Shown: positions 47,780 to 60,939 of the stretch, one piece after another
Position numbering within the stretch: position 1 is the first letter of the stretch
Layout of the letters: each line of letters opens with the position of its first letter
From: Heptranchias perlo
Taxonomy: Eukaryota
Direction of reading: 5' to 3'
Length of the DNA: 64,000 nt
Assembly: GCF_035084215.1 (NCBI RefSeq)
Contig: NC_090334.1
Span: 73,966,001-74,030,000 of the forward strand
Position numbers and translations under genes: made by a program
The notes under the pieces: model-generated
What the model was told of the DNA's origin: nothing
Seen by the model: the letters and a program-made list of their open reading frames with translations, nothing else
Databases searched by the model: none

Positions 47780-49805
47780 CCATATTTAAAATTATGAAAT
47801 GGTTTGATAAGGCAGATGTAGAGAAGATGTTTTCACTTGTGGGGGGAGACCAAAACTAGGGGCCATAAATATAGGATGGTCATCAATAAATCCAATAGGG
47901 AATTCAGGAGAAATTTCTTTACTCCACAAGGAGTAGTTGAAGTGAATAGCATAGATGCATCGAAGGGGAAGTTAGATAAACACATGTTAGGAAAAGGAAT
48001 AGAAAGATATTAAGGTGATTGGCAAAAGAACCAAAGGTGACATGAGGAAAAATTTCTTTACACAGCGAGTGGTTAGGATCTAGAATGCACTGCTCGAGGG
48101 GGTGGTGGAGGCAGATTCAATTATAGAATCATAGAAGTTGACAATATGGAAACAGGCCCTTCGGCCCAACATGTCCATGTCACCCAGTTTATACCACTAA
48201 GCTAGTCCCAATTGCCTGCACTTGGCCCATATCCCTCTATACCCATCTTACCCATGTAACTGTCCAAATGCTTTTTAAAAGACAAAATTGTACCTGCCTC
48301 TACTACTGCCTCTGGCAGCTCGTTCCAGACACTCACCACCCTTTGAATGAAAAAATTGCCCCTCTGGACCTTTTTGAATCTCTCCCATCTCACCTTAAAT
48401 CTATGCCCCCTCGTTATAGACTCCCCTACCTTTGGGAAAAGATTTTGACTATCTACCTTATCTATGTCCCTCATTATTTTATAGACTTCTATAAGATCAC
48501 CCCTAAACCTCCTACTCTCCAGGGAAAAAAGTCTCAGTCTATCCAACCTCTCCCTATAAGTCAAATCATCAAGTCCCGGTAGCATCCTAGTAAATCTTTT
48601 CTGCACTCTTTCTAGTTTAATAATATCCTTTCTATAATAGGGTGACCAGAACTGTACACAGTATTCCAAGTGTGGCCTTACTAATGTCTTGTACAACTTC
48701 AACAAGACATCCCAACTCCTGTATTCAATGTTCTGACCAATGAAACCAAGCATGCTGAATGCCTTCTTCACCACCCTATCCACCTGTGACTCCACTTTCA
48801 AGGAGCTATGAACCTGTACTCTCCCCAACGCCCTACCATTAACGGAGTAGGTCCTGGCCCGATTCGATCTACCAAAATGCATCACCTCACATTTATCTAA
48901 ATTAAACTCCATCTGCCATTCATCGGCCCACTGGCCCAATTTATCAAGATCCCGTTGCAATCCTAGATAACCTTCTTCACTGTCCACAATGCCACCAATC
49001 TTGGTGTCATCTGCAAACGTACTAACCATGCCTCCTTATTTCTCATCCAAATCATTAATATAAATAACAAATAACAGCGGACCCAGCACCGATCCCTGAG
49101 GCACACCGCTGGTCATAGGCCTCCAGTCCGGAAAACAATCCTCCACAACCACCCTCTGTCTCCTGTCGTCAATCCAATTTTGTGGCCTTCGAAAGGGAAC
49201 TGGATAAGTACTTGAAAGGAAAAAATTTGCAAGGCTACGGGGATAGGGTGGGGGAGCGGGACTAGCTGGATTGCTCTTGCATAGAGCCGGCACGGACTCA
49301 ATAGTCCGAACGGCGTCCTTCTGTGCTGTAACCTTTCTATGATTCCATGAAAGATTGGATAGGCTGGGGTTGTTCTCTTTGGAACATAGGGGGCTGAGGG
49401 GTGATTTAATTGAGGTGTACAAAATTATGAGGAGCCTCGAAAGAGTGGATAGGAAGGATCTATTTCTCTTAGCTGGGAGGGTTTGGAACTCACTGCCTGA
49501 AAGGGTGGTAGAGGCAGAAACCCTCAACTCATTTAAAAAGTACCTGGATGTGCACCTGAAGTGCCGTGACCTACAAGGCTACAAGTGCTGGAAAGTGGGA
49601 TTAGGCTGGGTGACTCATTTTCGGCCAGCGCAGACACAATGGGCCGAATGGCCTCCTTCTGTGCCATAAATTTTCTATGATTCTCTGATATGCTGATAGG
49701 GTTAGATGAAGAGTGGTGGGAGGATGGGAGGAGTCTCGTGTGGAGCATAAACACCAGCATTGACTAATTGGGCTGATTGGCCTGTAGGCGCTATGTAATT
49801 CTGTG
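47780..49805. mobile_element. Nested CR1 cluster (four fragments; inner minus-strand copy ~48123-49180 with 275-aa RT ORF)
   Basis: ORF 48202-49029 FADDTKIGG..WNELP; outer copies resume at ~49181 and ~49687. Confidence 0.85.
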
Positions 49806-50559
49806 CAATATATTTCTCTTTGCATGTGAAATCAAAACTCTTCTCTTAAGAAAATGCAAGAAGTTCATCTCATTCAAGGCAGGAACAGGGAGCTGAGCCA
49901 TGCCTCACATTATGCTGCTTTGTGGTAAGACGCAAGCATGGCAATGCTTGAACTTGCTAAGTGAGTTCAGGAGGATCAGGGAGCTTCAAGTGACACTGCA
50001 GATCAAGAGGCCCAGAGTCTCTGCTGCATTCAGAACAATGCAAACCAGTAGGTATTTGGCAGTGCTGTCAAATGCACAGGGCCTGCAACTATAAACAGGA
50101 GCACCAAGCTTCTGTTCAGAGTCACAATGCTGAGCAGTGATTTTTGCATGGCCGCTCCCACAAGATCTGCCACAGTACACAGTACTAGATATTTATATTT
50201 CTCAACGAAATCGTCCGCACACAGCCCAGACCCAATGGGCTCTGAATTCAGACTCTCAATTACATGAAGCAGCAGCTCTGCTGAGGTCCACAGATGAGGG
50301 GGGAGTGGGCTGCAAGTAACCCTCCAGTCATATTATGAGAACCATTAAACCACAATGGCCAATGCCAATCAAGCTGCAGTACTGTTAAAAATTATCTTGT
50401 TACTTAATGCCCAGATTTTTGTCAGGACAAGGGTGGTGAATGGAGAATGCTTCACCAGAACCGTATTGTAATGACATGTTTGAAGGCAGGCCCAGGATCA
50501 CAAGTGGTTTACCAGTTGACTTTCATGTTAAATTATGACTTCCAGCTTTGTAGTTTTAC

Positions 50560-50905
50560 ACTTTTTTTTAATTAGTTCACGGGATGTGGGCATCGCTGGC
50601 AAGGCCGGCATTTATTGCCCATCCCTAATTGCCCTTGAGAAGGTGGTGGTGAGCCGCCTTCTTGAACCGCTGCAGTCCGTGTGGTGACGGTTCTCCCACA
50701 ATGCTGTTAGGAAGGGAGTTCCAGGATTTTGACCCAGCGACAATGAAGGAACGGCGATATATTTCCAAGTCGGGATGGTGTGTGACTTGGAGGGGAACGT
50801 GCAGGTGGTGTTGTTCCCATGCGCCTGCTGCCCTTGTCCTTCTAGGTGGTAGAGGTCGCGGGTTTGGGAGGTGCTGTCGAAGAAGCCTTGGCGAGTTGCT
50901 GCAGT
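50560..50905 (-). mobile_element. Poly(A)-tailed LINE 3' end
   Basis: Reverse complement of the family at 16060-16416 / 27232-27433, little decayed. Confidence 0.75.
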
Positions 50906-50944
50906 TACATCAACTACTTAAATTGCTATAAACAAGACCCATCA

Positions 50945-51285
50945 TTGGACAAAGATGAAAAAACAATGCTGGAAACCTACAAGAAGTCCGTCAGCATCTA
51001 TTCTGATAAAGAGTCTACACCAGAAACGTTAACAAAAACAGAAAATGCTGGTAACACTCAGCAGGTAAAGGCAGCATCAGAATACCAAAAGGTCATCAGC
51101 CTGAAACGTTAACTCTGCTTCTCACTCCACAGATGCTGCCTGACCTGCTGAGCATTTCTAGCATTTTCTGTTTTTATTTCAGATTTCCAGCAACTGCAGT
51201 ATTTTGCTCCAGAAATGCTAATGCCTTTCCTCTTCAAACACTGACAAACTTGCTGTGCATTTCCAGTACTTTATGTTGTCATTTG
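50945..51285. mobile_element. Nested fold-back hammerhead-type mini elements
   Basis: Inner element ~51032-51207 (CAGAAAATGCTGG../..GCATTTTCTG arms, CCTGAAACGTTAAC) within an older one (CTGATAAAG..CCAGAAACGTTAAC). Confidence 0.6.
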
Positions 51286-51714
51286 CTATCACACGACTGC
51301 CTAGTGCACACTGGCAGCTAACGTCAAAACGTGAATGCCAGATGTGTCCTCCGTCCATTGATGTTTTGTGAGACATCTGACGACCTAAGGATTCACAAGT
51401 TTGAAACATGCACAAATATTTCAAATGAGTATTAAATGGAGATGCTCAGCAGCATAAACATTGTGGCTCCACTAAACATTTGATATAAATATAAACATGG
51501 TACTTGAGTGATGAGTTGTGGCAGTTCTTTGACAAAACTGCAACTCATTGAGAGACATTCTGAGCATGCCATGGTAGATTAAGTACACCTTTGTATGAAT
51601 TCACAACACAAGATGCTACAGCTAGACATTTAGTTTAAACATGCGACGTATCAATCCTGCGATATAGAATAAATAACAAGAGATTTGCTCATGCCAAGAC
51701 TTTGCAGTTGTTAC

Positions 51715-51868
51715 CTCCAAGGAGCGAGGAACCCATCCCTTCCTGTACCCATACGGTGGAGGTTCTCTCCGCGATGCCACTAATGCAGTCTGTCTAACTC
51801 GTTGGGAACGAGCCTTTTCCTCAGCTTCCAACTGGTCCTGGGACAGCTGCGTTGGCGCGGGCAGAAAA
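51715..51868 (-). CDS. SNW1: SNW1 exon 2
   Basis: (S)FLPAPTQLSQDQLEAEEKARSQRVRQTALVASRREPPPYGYRKGWVPRSLE; 154 nt. Confidence 0.97.
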
Positions 51869-52384
51869 CTTGAAAGAAAAAAAATTAAATTATTTTAACC
51901 CTTCCAAGCAACAGGAGCAAGGCAAATTGATCCTGGCATCTCAATGATCACCAAAGTGGAACAACAACTGGTATAGAGGTAAAGTTAGTCATGATTGATA
52001 CAGAGGGTACAGCTAAGCAAGATCTGACAGACTTGGGTTGTTTTTCCAAAGAACGCACTATTTTTCACAGTTGTGTGCTGCACCAGAGACCAGGCGTAGC
52101 TGAGCAACAGGCAAGCCTGGGGCACAAACCCAGCAGCAATCTTGCAAGAAAGCCACTACCGTTTAGTAGATTAACAGGTCACCTGAAAGATTTCAGCAGT
52201 AGGACATTCCTGGAACAATTTCAGTTCCGAGAACTCCTGTACTGCACAACAACGAGTGGAAATTACTCAGAACATTGATTTATCAAATTTTTAACAGATT
52301 TTTAAAAAAATTCGCAATCAACTCGATAATCGAGAAAGATTGCTTCTTGCCATAAGAGATTCGAGTATTAAGATTGGCCACGTC

Positions 52385-53090
52385 TTTGGTGAGCATTTAG
52401 AGGCTTTGCAACCCAATCCTAAAGAGATATTTTACCATAAAACTGACACTTGAAAGACAACCCAGTTGACGGCGTAGTTGCAGCAGACCGACATTCGTTC
52501 CTCTGTCTAAGTATATCTTCTTTGGCAGTCCTAGCTTGTTGAAACTCGCCAACTCCCTGCACGCACACGCATCGCCACAGTGTGCGGTCTTCGATGGGTT
52601 CCTCATATGTATTGATGTCAATACCACATTTCCTCAGGTTGGATTTCAAATTATCTTTATATCTCTTTTTCTAACCACCAACACTTCTTTGGCCGGAGCG
52701 CAGTTCCGAATAAAGTAGTTGTTTTGCGACTCTGGAGTCATCCATTCGGCATACGTGGCCAGATTAGCGAAGTTGGGCTTTGATGACCATAGCTTCAATA
52801 CTGGTACAACCGGTTTTTGAGAGGACCAACACATTGTTTTTACAATCATCCTAGCAATTTTGAAGGATTTTGTGTACGGAACGTTGGTAGAAACGCTGAA
52901 GAGTCTTAAGCTGCCTTCTGTAAGTAACTCAGGATTAAAAGCCGTAGAGTAGGGTTGAGAAAATCAAGAGACTTGTAAACCATAATCTTCATAGATACAT
53001 CCAGGCCTTTTCATTGAAGAGACGAGTCCTCAGGCGGCTGAAAGCCATTGAGGCACTGTTAATGCTCCAGAGCTTGAGCAGAGCATAGCC
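52385..53090 (-). mobile_element. RTE-clade LINE fragment
   Basis: KQLLYSELRSGQRSVGG.KKRYKDNLKSNLRKCGID..DRTLWR, the typical RTE C-terminus. Confidence 0.75.
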
Positions 53091-53104
53091 GGGTGAGTGA
53101 ACTG

Positions 53105-56100
53105 CTAACTAAGTGAAGATTTTAAAACAGGAATTTGGAGAGTGGGAATTTGGTGCAGAGGGGGAAGGAGATGCTAAGATATGGTAGTAGGATGCATAAG
53201 ATTGGAGAAGCATGTAGCAAAGGCAAAGCAGTTCTAAGGGAGATTTTAATTTCCACATAGACAGAGATACATAACAGCTCAAGTTGTAAAGGCAATGACA
53301 GTTTTCTAAAACAATGTGTTTTAGAACCAACAAGTGAACAGGCCATACTAGATTTAGAAATGAGCAACGAGCCAGGCCAGAATTAATTAATAATCTGATA
53401 GGAAGGAAGCATCTTGCAAATAGTGACCGAAACATGATAAGAGTTTGACATGACGTTCGAGAAGGCAAAAGATCACATACAAACCTAGGTTTTAAATTTA
53501 AGCAAGGCTGACTTTGAAGGAATGAGACGTGAGTTGAACACGTTAAACTGGACTGAGCTGTTAACAGGTAAACCTACTGAAAAACAGTTGGAGGTATTCA
53601 AATAAGTATTTAATACAAGACCATACAAACCCCTAAAGAGCAAAAGTTCCACTTGTGCTCAAGCAACCATGGTCAACATATGAGGTATGATGGGGTATAA
53701 AACTAAAGGAAATGGCCTACACAAATGTCAAGAAAAGTGGGAATCCAGTAGACTGGGAGAAATATAGAAAGCAACAAAGAGACACAAAGAAAATATTAAG
53801 AGCTGAAAAATGGGAATATTAAAAAAAACTTGAAAGTAATATAAAGGCTAAAAGTAAAAGTTTTTATAAATATATTAAGAGTAAGAGTGTGGTTAAGTGC
53901 TCATAAAGACAGACTAAGGTGATACCGCAATAGACAACAAGGCCATGACAGATTTATTAAATGAGTACTTTATATCAGTTTTCAGTGGAGACAGAGAACA
54001 TAAGAAATAGGAGCAGGAGCAGGCCTTACGGCCCCTCGAGCCTGCTCCGCCATTCAATCAGATCATGGCTGATCTTCGACCTCAACTCCACTTTCCTGCC
54101 CAATCCCCATATCCCTTGATTCCCCTAGAGTCCAAAAATCTATCCATCTCAGCCTTGAATATATTCAATGACTCAGCATCCACAGCCCTCTGGGGTAGAG
54201 AATTCCAAAGATTTACAACCCTCTGCGTGAAGAAATTACTCCTCATCTCAGTCTTGAATGGCTGATCCCTTATCCTGCAACTATGCCTCCTAGTTCTAGA
54301 CTCTAGCCAGGGGAAACAATCTCTCAGCATCTACCCTGTCAAGCCCCCTCAGAATCTTATATGTTTCAATGAGATCACCTCTCATTCTTCTAAACTCCAG
54401 AGAGAAAAGGCTCATCCTACTCAATCTCTCCTCATAGGACAACCCTCTCATCCCAGGAATGAATCTAGTGAACCTTCGATGTTCCGCCTCCAAAGCAAGC
54501 ATATCCTTCCTTAGATAAGGAGACCAAAACTGTACGCAGTACTCTAGGTGAGGTCTCACTAAAGCCCTGTACAATTGTAGCAAGACTTCCTTACTCTTGC
54601 ACTCCAACCCCTTTGCAGTAAAAGCCATCATGCCATTTGCTTTCCTAATTGCCTGCTGTACCTGCATACTAACTTTTTGTGTTTCTTGTACGAGGACACC
54701 CAAGTTTTCTCACCATTTAAAAAATATTCTGTTTTTCTATTCTTCCTACCAAAGTGAATAACCTCACATTTCACAACATTATACTCCATCTGCTGCCTTC
54801 TTGTCCACTCACTTAATCGGTCTATATCCCTTTGCAAACTCTGTGTCTTCCTCACAGCTTACTTTCCCACCTAGCTTTGTATCGTCAGCAAGCTTGGATA
54901 CATTACAATCGGTCACGTCATCCAAGTCATTAATATAGACTGTAAATAGCTGAGGCCCAAGCATTGATCCTTGCAGCACTCCATTAGTTACAGCCTGCCA
55001 ACCTGAGAATGACCCGTTTATCCCTACTTTCTGTTTTCTGTCCTTTAACCAATCCTCTATCCATGCTAATATATTACCCCCAACCCCATGAGCCCTTACC
55101 TTGTGCAACACCATTTTATATGGCACCTTATCGAATGTCTTTTGAAAATCCAAATATACTACATTCACTGGTTCCCTTTATCTACCCTGCTAGTTACATC
55201 CTCAAAAAACTAATAAATTTGTCAAACATGATTTCCCTTTCATAAAACCATGCTGACTCTGCCTAATCATATTATGATTTTCTATGTGCTCTGTTACCAT
55301 TTCCTTAATAATAGATGCCAGCATTTTCTTGACGACCGATATCAGGCTAACTGGCCTGTAGTTCCCTGTTTTCTCTCTCCCTCCCTTCTTGAATAGCGGG
55401 GTAACATCCTTCCAGTTCACTGGGACCGTTCCAGAATCTAGAGAACTTTGGAAGATCATAACCAATGCATCCACTATCTCTGCACCACCTCTTCTAGAGC
55501 CCTCGGATGTAGGCCATCAGATCCAGGGGATTTGTTGGCTTTTAGTCCCATTAGTTTGTCCAGTACTTTTTCTCTAGTGATATTAATTGTTTTAAGTTCC
55601 TCACTCTCATTTGCCCCTTGGTTCCCCACTATTTTTGGTATGCTTTTTGTATCTTCTACTGTGAAGACAGATACAAAATATTTGTTTAACGCGTCTGCCA
55701 TTTCCTGATTCCCAATTATAATTTCTCCTGTCTCAGCCTCTAAGGGACCAACGTTTACTTTTGCTACTCTCTTCCTTTTTACATACTTGTAGAAGCTCTT
55801 ACAATCCGTTCTTATATTTCTTGCTAGTTTACTTTCATATTCTATTTTCTCCCTTTTTATCAATGTTTTGGTCGTCCTTTGTTGGTTTCTAAAACTCTCC
55901 CAATCCTCAGGCTTATTACTCTTCTTGGCAACATTACAGGCCTCTTCTTTTAATCTAATACTCTCCTTAACTTCTTTAGTTAGCCACGGGTGGATCACTC
56001 TTCCCGTGGAGTTTTTATTTCTCAGTGGAATGTATACTTGTTGAGAATATTGAAATATTTCTTTAAATGTTTGCCATTACTTTTCAACTGTCAAACCCTT

Positions 56101-57630
56101 TAATTTAGTTTCCTAATCTACCTTTGACAGCTCACCCCTCATACCTTTGTAATTGGCTTTATTTAAGTTTAAGACTCTAGTTTATGATTTAAGTACGTTA
56201 CTTTCAAACTGAATGTGAAATTCTATCACACTATGATCACTCTTCCCCAGAGGTTCTTTTACTGCGAGATTACTAATTAACCCTATCGCGTTGCATAATA
56301 CAAGATCTAAAATAGCCTGTTCCCTGGTTGGTTCCATGACGTATTGCTCTAAGAAACCGTCTCGAATACATTGCATAAACTCGTCTTCCAAACTACCTTT
56401 GCCAATTTGGCAAATACCAGTGATAAAAGGGAATCTAAAAATAAAAATAAATCAAGGGGAGGAACTTATTGTATTTAATACAAGTAACAAAATGGTAATG
56501 GAGTAAATAATGCAAATAAACTTGCAGAATGGGCACGTAATTGGCAAATGAATTTCAATATAGGTAAGTATGAAGTGATACATTTTGGTAGGAAGATTAA
56601 GGAGGCCACATACTCCTTGGAAAATAAGAGTCTAAATGGGGTAGGGGAGCAGAGGGATCTGGGGATACAGATACAGAAATCACAAAGTAGCGACGCAGGT
56701 TAATAAGGCAATATAAAAAGCAAACAAAATGGGGTTCATTTTTAGAGGGATAGAATCAAAAAGCAGGTTAAACTTGTATAGAACCTTGGTTAGACCAAAC
56801 TTGGAGTACTGTGAACAGTTCTGGTCTCCATATTAAAACAAGGATATAGAGGCATAGGAGAGAGTGCAAAAAAGATTTACTGGGAATTCGGGAGAAACTT
56901 CTTTACCCAGGCAGTAGCTAGAATATGGAACGAGCTACCACAAGGGGTAGTTAAGGCAACTAGCATAGATGCATTTAAGGGGAAGCTAGATAAACACGAG
57001 GAAGAAGAGAATAAACAATATGCTGATAGGGTTAGACGAAGTATGGAGGGAGGAGGCTTGCGTGGGGCATAAACAATGGCATGGACCTGTTGGGCTGAAT
57101 GGCCTGTTTCTGTGCTGTGTAATTCTATGTAATGGGACTTAAAATAGATAAATCACCAGGACCTGATGGTTTCCACACCAGGGTATTAAAAAAAGCAGAT
57201 GAGGGAATTGCAGAAGCATTAGTCACAATCTTTCAAAGATCTTTTGATTCTGGAATTGTGCCATTAAATTGGAAATTTGCTAATGCCACTCCGTTATTTA
57301 AGAAGGGTGGGAGAGAGAAACCAGACAACTATAGTTTATTGTCTGGTGGGGGAAATCAAGAGCAGTGGGACATGATCTTAAAATTAGAGCTAGGCCATTC
57401 AGGAGTGAAATCAGGAAGTACTTTTCCACGCAAAGGATAGTAGAAATTTGGGGAACAATTGGAGCTTTTAAGACTGAGATAGATAGAAGGATTGTTGTTA
57501 GGTAAGGATATCAAGGAATATAGAGCAAAGGCAGTAAAATGGAGTTGCGGTGCAGATCAGCAATGAACTAATTGAATGGCGGAGCAGGCCAGAGGGGCTG
57601 AATGATCTTCTCTTGTTCTTAACGTTCCTA
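53105..57630. mobile_element. Nested CR1 cluster: old (+) copy split by a (-) copy ~53996-56410 and a (+) copy ~56512-57130
   Basis: Minus ORFs 54082-56391 with RT motifs (KLADDTK); plus-strand remnants resume at ~56411 and ~57131 (MGLKIDKSPGPDGFH). Confidence 0.85.
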
Positions 57631-59170
57631 TGAATCTCATTTGAAACTGGGTGCATAACTGGGTTAATAAAGCACTTTAGCTTTGGAAACATTAATAAGA
57701 GAATCTGAATAGATCATAGGCTTCAATAAAGGTGTCTAGGATTATTTGAAGATCGCAGGCATAATGAGCCACAATTGTACATTCATCAGCATACTGAAAA
57801 GTGATGATGGTGGTGTTGGTGAGAACTTTCGTCTTTGCCTGTAAGCACCTTAGACTGAAAAGCTCTCCATCTAGCTGGTACTTGATTTCTAAGCCGCAGG
57901 ATTGACAGAAACTCGAGATTAAAAAGCTGCAAGGAAAATAGTCAAAAGGATGGGTGCAATGATGCTAAGGGAATCAAGGGATATGGGGACAGGGCGGGAA
58001 AGTGGAGTTGAGGGAGAAGATCAACCGTGATCTTAATGAATGGCAGAGCAGGCTCGATGGGCCGTATGGCCCTACTCCTGCTCCTATTTTTTTCTGTTCT
58101 TACGATGCGTCTTTGTTTTACTTGTTTTGATGGGGAAGGATTCCGATTGAGACCCACTGTAGAGCACCTTTCCTTTCGTATTGTCAGACAACAGATTATA
58201 ATATGCACATTTCTGTATGTTAATCCCTCCCACTGCTAGTCCAATTATGTCACTGCTGGTTTGAACTACGTTTAGAATCATAGAATCATACAGCACAGAA
58301 GGAGGCTGTTCGGCCCATCATGCTTGCCCGGCTCTTTGAAAGAGCTACCCCACTCCTCTGCTCTTTTCCCTTAGCCTTGCAATGTTTTCCCCTTATTACT
58401 TTATTTTTAAAAAATGACATTTCATATAATGACAATAATGATCTCCAATATATGTACTTTCTTTGGTGGGAGGGATGGGGGTTAGTTACCATGGCAGCAA
58501 CTGTGTGGTAAGACCACAGATCTTTGCACACCTCATCATAATTGGTTAATTAACCATTAAACCATAACGTTTCAATCAGCAAAACACATCTATAAGAGCA
58601 AATAAATGGTATATTTAATAGGATCTGAACACAAAGCACCAAAGGGATTGAACTTAAAAAAAAGTAAAATGTGGTGAAAAATCTTCTCTCTGAAACTGGG
58701 CAACGTTCAAACTAACTAAAAACCCACATCACAGGTGAACCCCCCCCCCCTCTCCCTCCAGTCACTGAGGCTAATAATCCTTCGCAGTCTCTTTAATTTT
58801 TGGAGACTGTCCTGTAATAAAGCAATGAATAAAAGTGACCCAAAGCACGAACTTTTCCACCAGCTCAACAACACAGGGCGGAAGCCCAGCCCAGCCCTCC
58901 CCGGCCCGGCCCGGCCCCCGTAGTGCTTCCCCAGTTCCTTAGCACGGGGGCTCAGTCAGGCAAAGGCGAGGCTTCCTTGGGCCTAGTGGGAATCCCTGAG
59001 CGACTGGAATTTTCCAGAGACGCGGATCGGTCCGCGCGCGGTCGCGTTTCCTTACAACAACAACAACAAAAACAAGAAAGGCGACCCCCCCCCCCCGGTC
59101 CGCGGTGAGCCCCTCGGGGCCGGCACTGCCCGGCGGCCGAATAATCGCAGAAATTAAAAATAACACCAAC

Positions 59171-59184
59171 CTCGTCAACGCCAT
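59171..59184 (-). CDS. SNW1: SNW1 exon 1 (start); full CDS 14 exons, 1614 nt, 537 aa, spanning 30391-59184
   Basis: AAAATGGCG context; ATG GCG TTG ACG AG|GTTGGT = MALT(S), in phase with exon 2; within a CpG island. Confidence 0.92.
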
Positions 59185-59830
59185 TTTCTCCTGAAAAGTT
59201 GCTGTCGCCGCCGTGCGTCTGACATCACGCTGCGGCCCCTTTGATGCTTTTTTTTTGCGTCTGACGCCACGCAGCGGCCCCTTTGATGCTTTTTTTTTCG
59301 TTAGCGTCCGACGCCACGCAGCGCGCGCGCGTAGGCGGGCGGGCGACCCCTTTGATGTTGCTGCGTCTGACGTCACACGCCCGGCGCGCCTCCGGACGGC
59401 CCCTTTGATGCCGCTGCGTCTGACGTCACGTGCCCCCTCTCCTCTCCATGCATCTGCGTAAACCACGCAATACGGTCTACCGCAACGCCTTGTGGGAGCC
59501 GTAGTCCCCTCCCGAACATTCTGGGATTCAGCTGCAACTTTTTTTTTCCACCATTGAGAACCACGTGATAGGGTCTCCTCTTGTGACTGATGCGCATCCA
59601 AGTCATTAAAATAAATGTGAAACAGTGTTGTGGTTGTTTTTTTTTAAAACAAGTTGTCGTTCTTCTTCTGACCCGTCCCGTTTAAAAATAAACAGAAAGG
59701 ACTACAAGTCCCATACGGCTTTGCGCGACCGGGACGATACCATTGTTAACACGGGATAGGGGAGGGGGGGTGGAATTCAAGTGCCAGAGGGCGAAGGTGA
59801 CTGTTGACAGAAGCCGGTAAGTACGGGGAC
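59185..59830. promoter_or_regulatory. SNW1 CpG-island promoter with repeated TCF/LEF and CRE motifs and two ZNF143-type motifs; probably bidirectional
   Basis: CCTTTGATG x4, TGACGTCA x2, ACTACAAGTCCCA at 59701 (+), ACTACGGCTCCCA at ~59493-59505 (-). Confidence 0.75.
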
Positions 59831-60142
59831 ACGAGGTAATGTTAATGCGGGGTTTTATTTTGAGGAGGTAGAGAGGCCCCGGTTGTAAGGGACTCCTACT
59901 CGTACCTTTTGAATATGGTACTGACCCTATATACCTGTTTCCTTGGAGACCCCTGTATGAGCAGAAGGTGTGGTGAGGCAAGGTAACTCAATGACAGGCT
60001 TCAGTTGTATGAATGAGTGGAAGGTCAGTTGTGTAGAGTGTGGAACATGGCAATTCAAGGGAAGCTGTGAAATGGTCACTTCGTATAAAACCATGTAGTT
60101 AGGGAAATAATGCTTGGAAATAGGCTGGACAGCATGTGTCAT

Positions 60143-60174
<32 letters not shown>

Positions 60175-60364
60175 GAGAGGTTCCTCACAAGTTGTACAAC
60201 CAAACTTCAGGGTAAGGTGTTGGTTGCACCAATACCTAATTGTATAATTTGTATTTTAGTTTTGTTTATTTCTCAATGCCGTGCATTGTAATGTCAGTCT
60301 CTGTTTCCATAAGGTTGGTGGATTAAACCTTCCATGTTTCCTGACAGCCTGGTGCCCAAAATGA

Positions 60365-60565
60365 AAGGAAGACTTGCATTTATATGGCGCCTTTCACAAC
60401 CTCAGGATGTCCCTTTACAGCCGATGAAGTACTTTTGAAGTGTAGTTGCTGTTGTGACGTAGGAAACGCAGTAGCCAATTTGCTCACAGCAAGCTCCCAC
60501 AATGAAATAATGACCAGATAATCCGTGCCTTAGTGATGTTGGTTGAGGTACAAATATTGGCCAGA
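60365..60565 (-). mobile_element. DeuSINE 3' half
   Basis: + strand GACTTGCATTTATATGGCGCCTTTCACAACCTCAGGATGTCCC..GCCAATTTGCTCACAGCAAGCTCCCAC. Confidence 0.72.
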
Positions 60566-60939
60566 ACAAAAGTGAACCCAGCGCTGACCCCTGGGGTACA
60601 TCACTTTCAACCTTGCTGCACTCTAAGCAATAACCTTTGTTTCCTGTCCATCAACCATTGTTTTATCCATGCTCTTATATTTTCTCTTATACTATGCACC
60701 TGATTTTTTATAACAAGCCTCTTGTGAGACTCCTTTTTGACTATCTTTTGAAAATCCATATACACCACATGTACTCTATTCTGGTTAATCCATCCTATCA
60801 GTCAATTCTCAAAAAAAAACCTGAGGTAAATTTGTCAAACACAACTTGGCTTTAACAAATCCGTGCCAACAGTCCTTGATTAACCCTTGAATTTCTAAAT
60901 GCTGACTCATTTTATGTCAAATGATGAATTCTAAGATAA

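Noticed and set aside
58939-59601. 220-aa ORF as an N-terminal extension of SNW1
   Set aside because: Runs through the GC-rich promoter repeat and into intron 1; only MALT matches SNW1, whose conserved start is at 59184.
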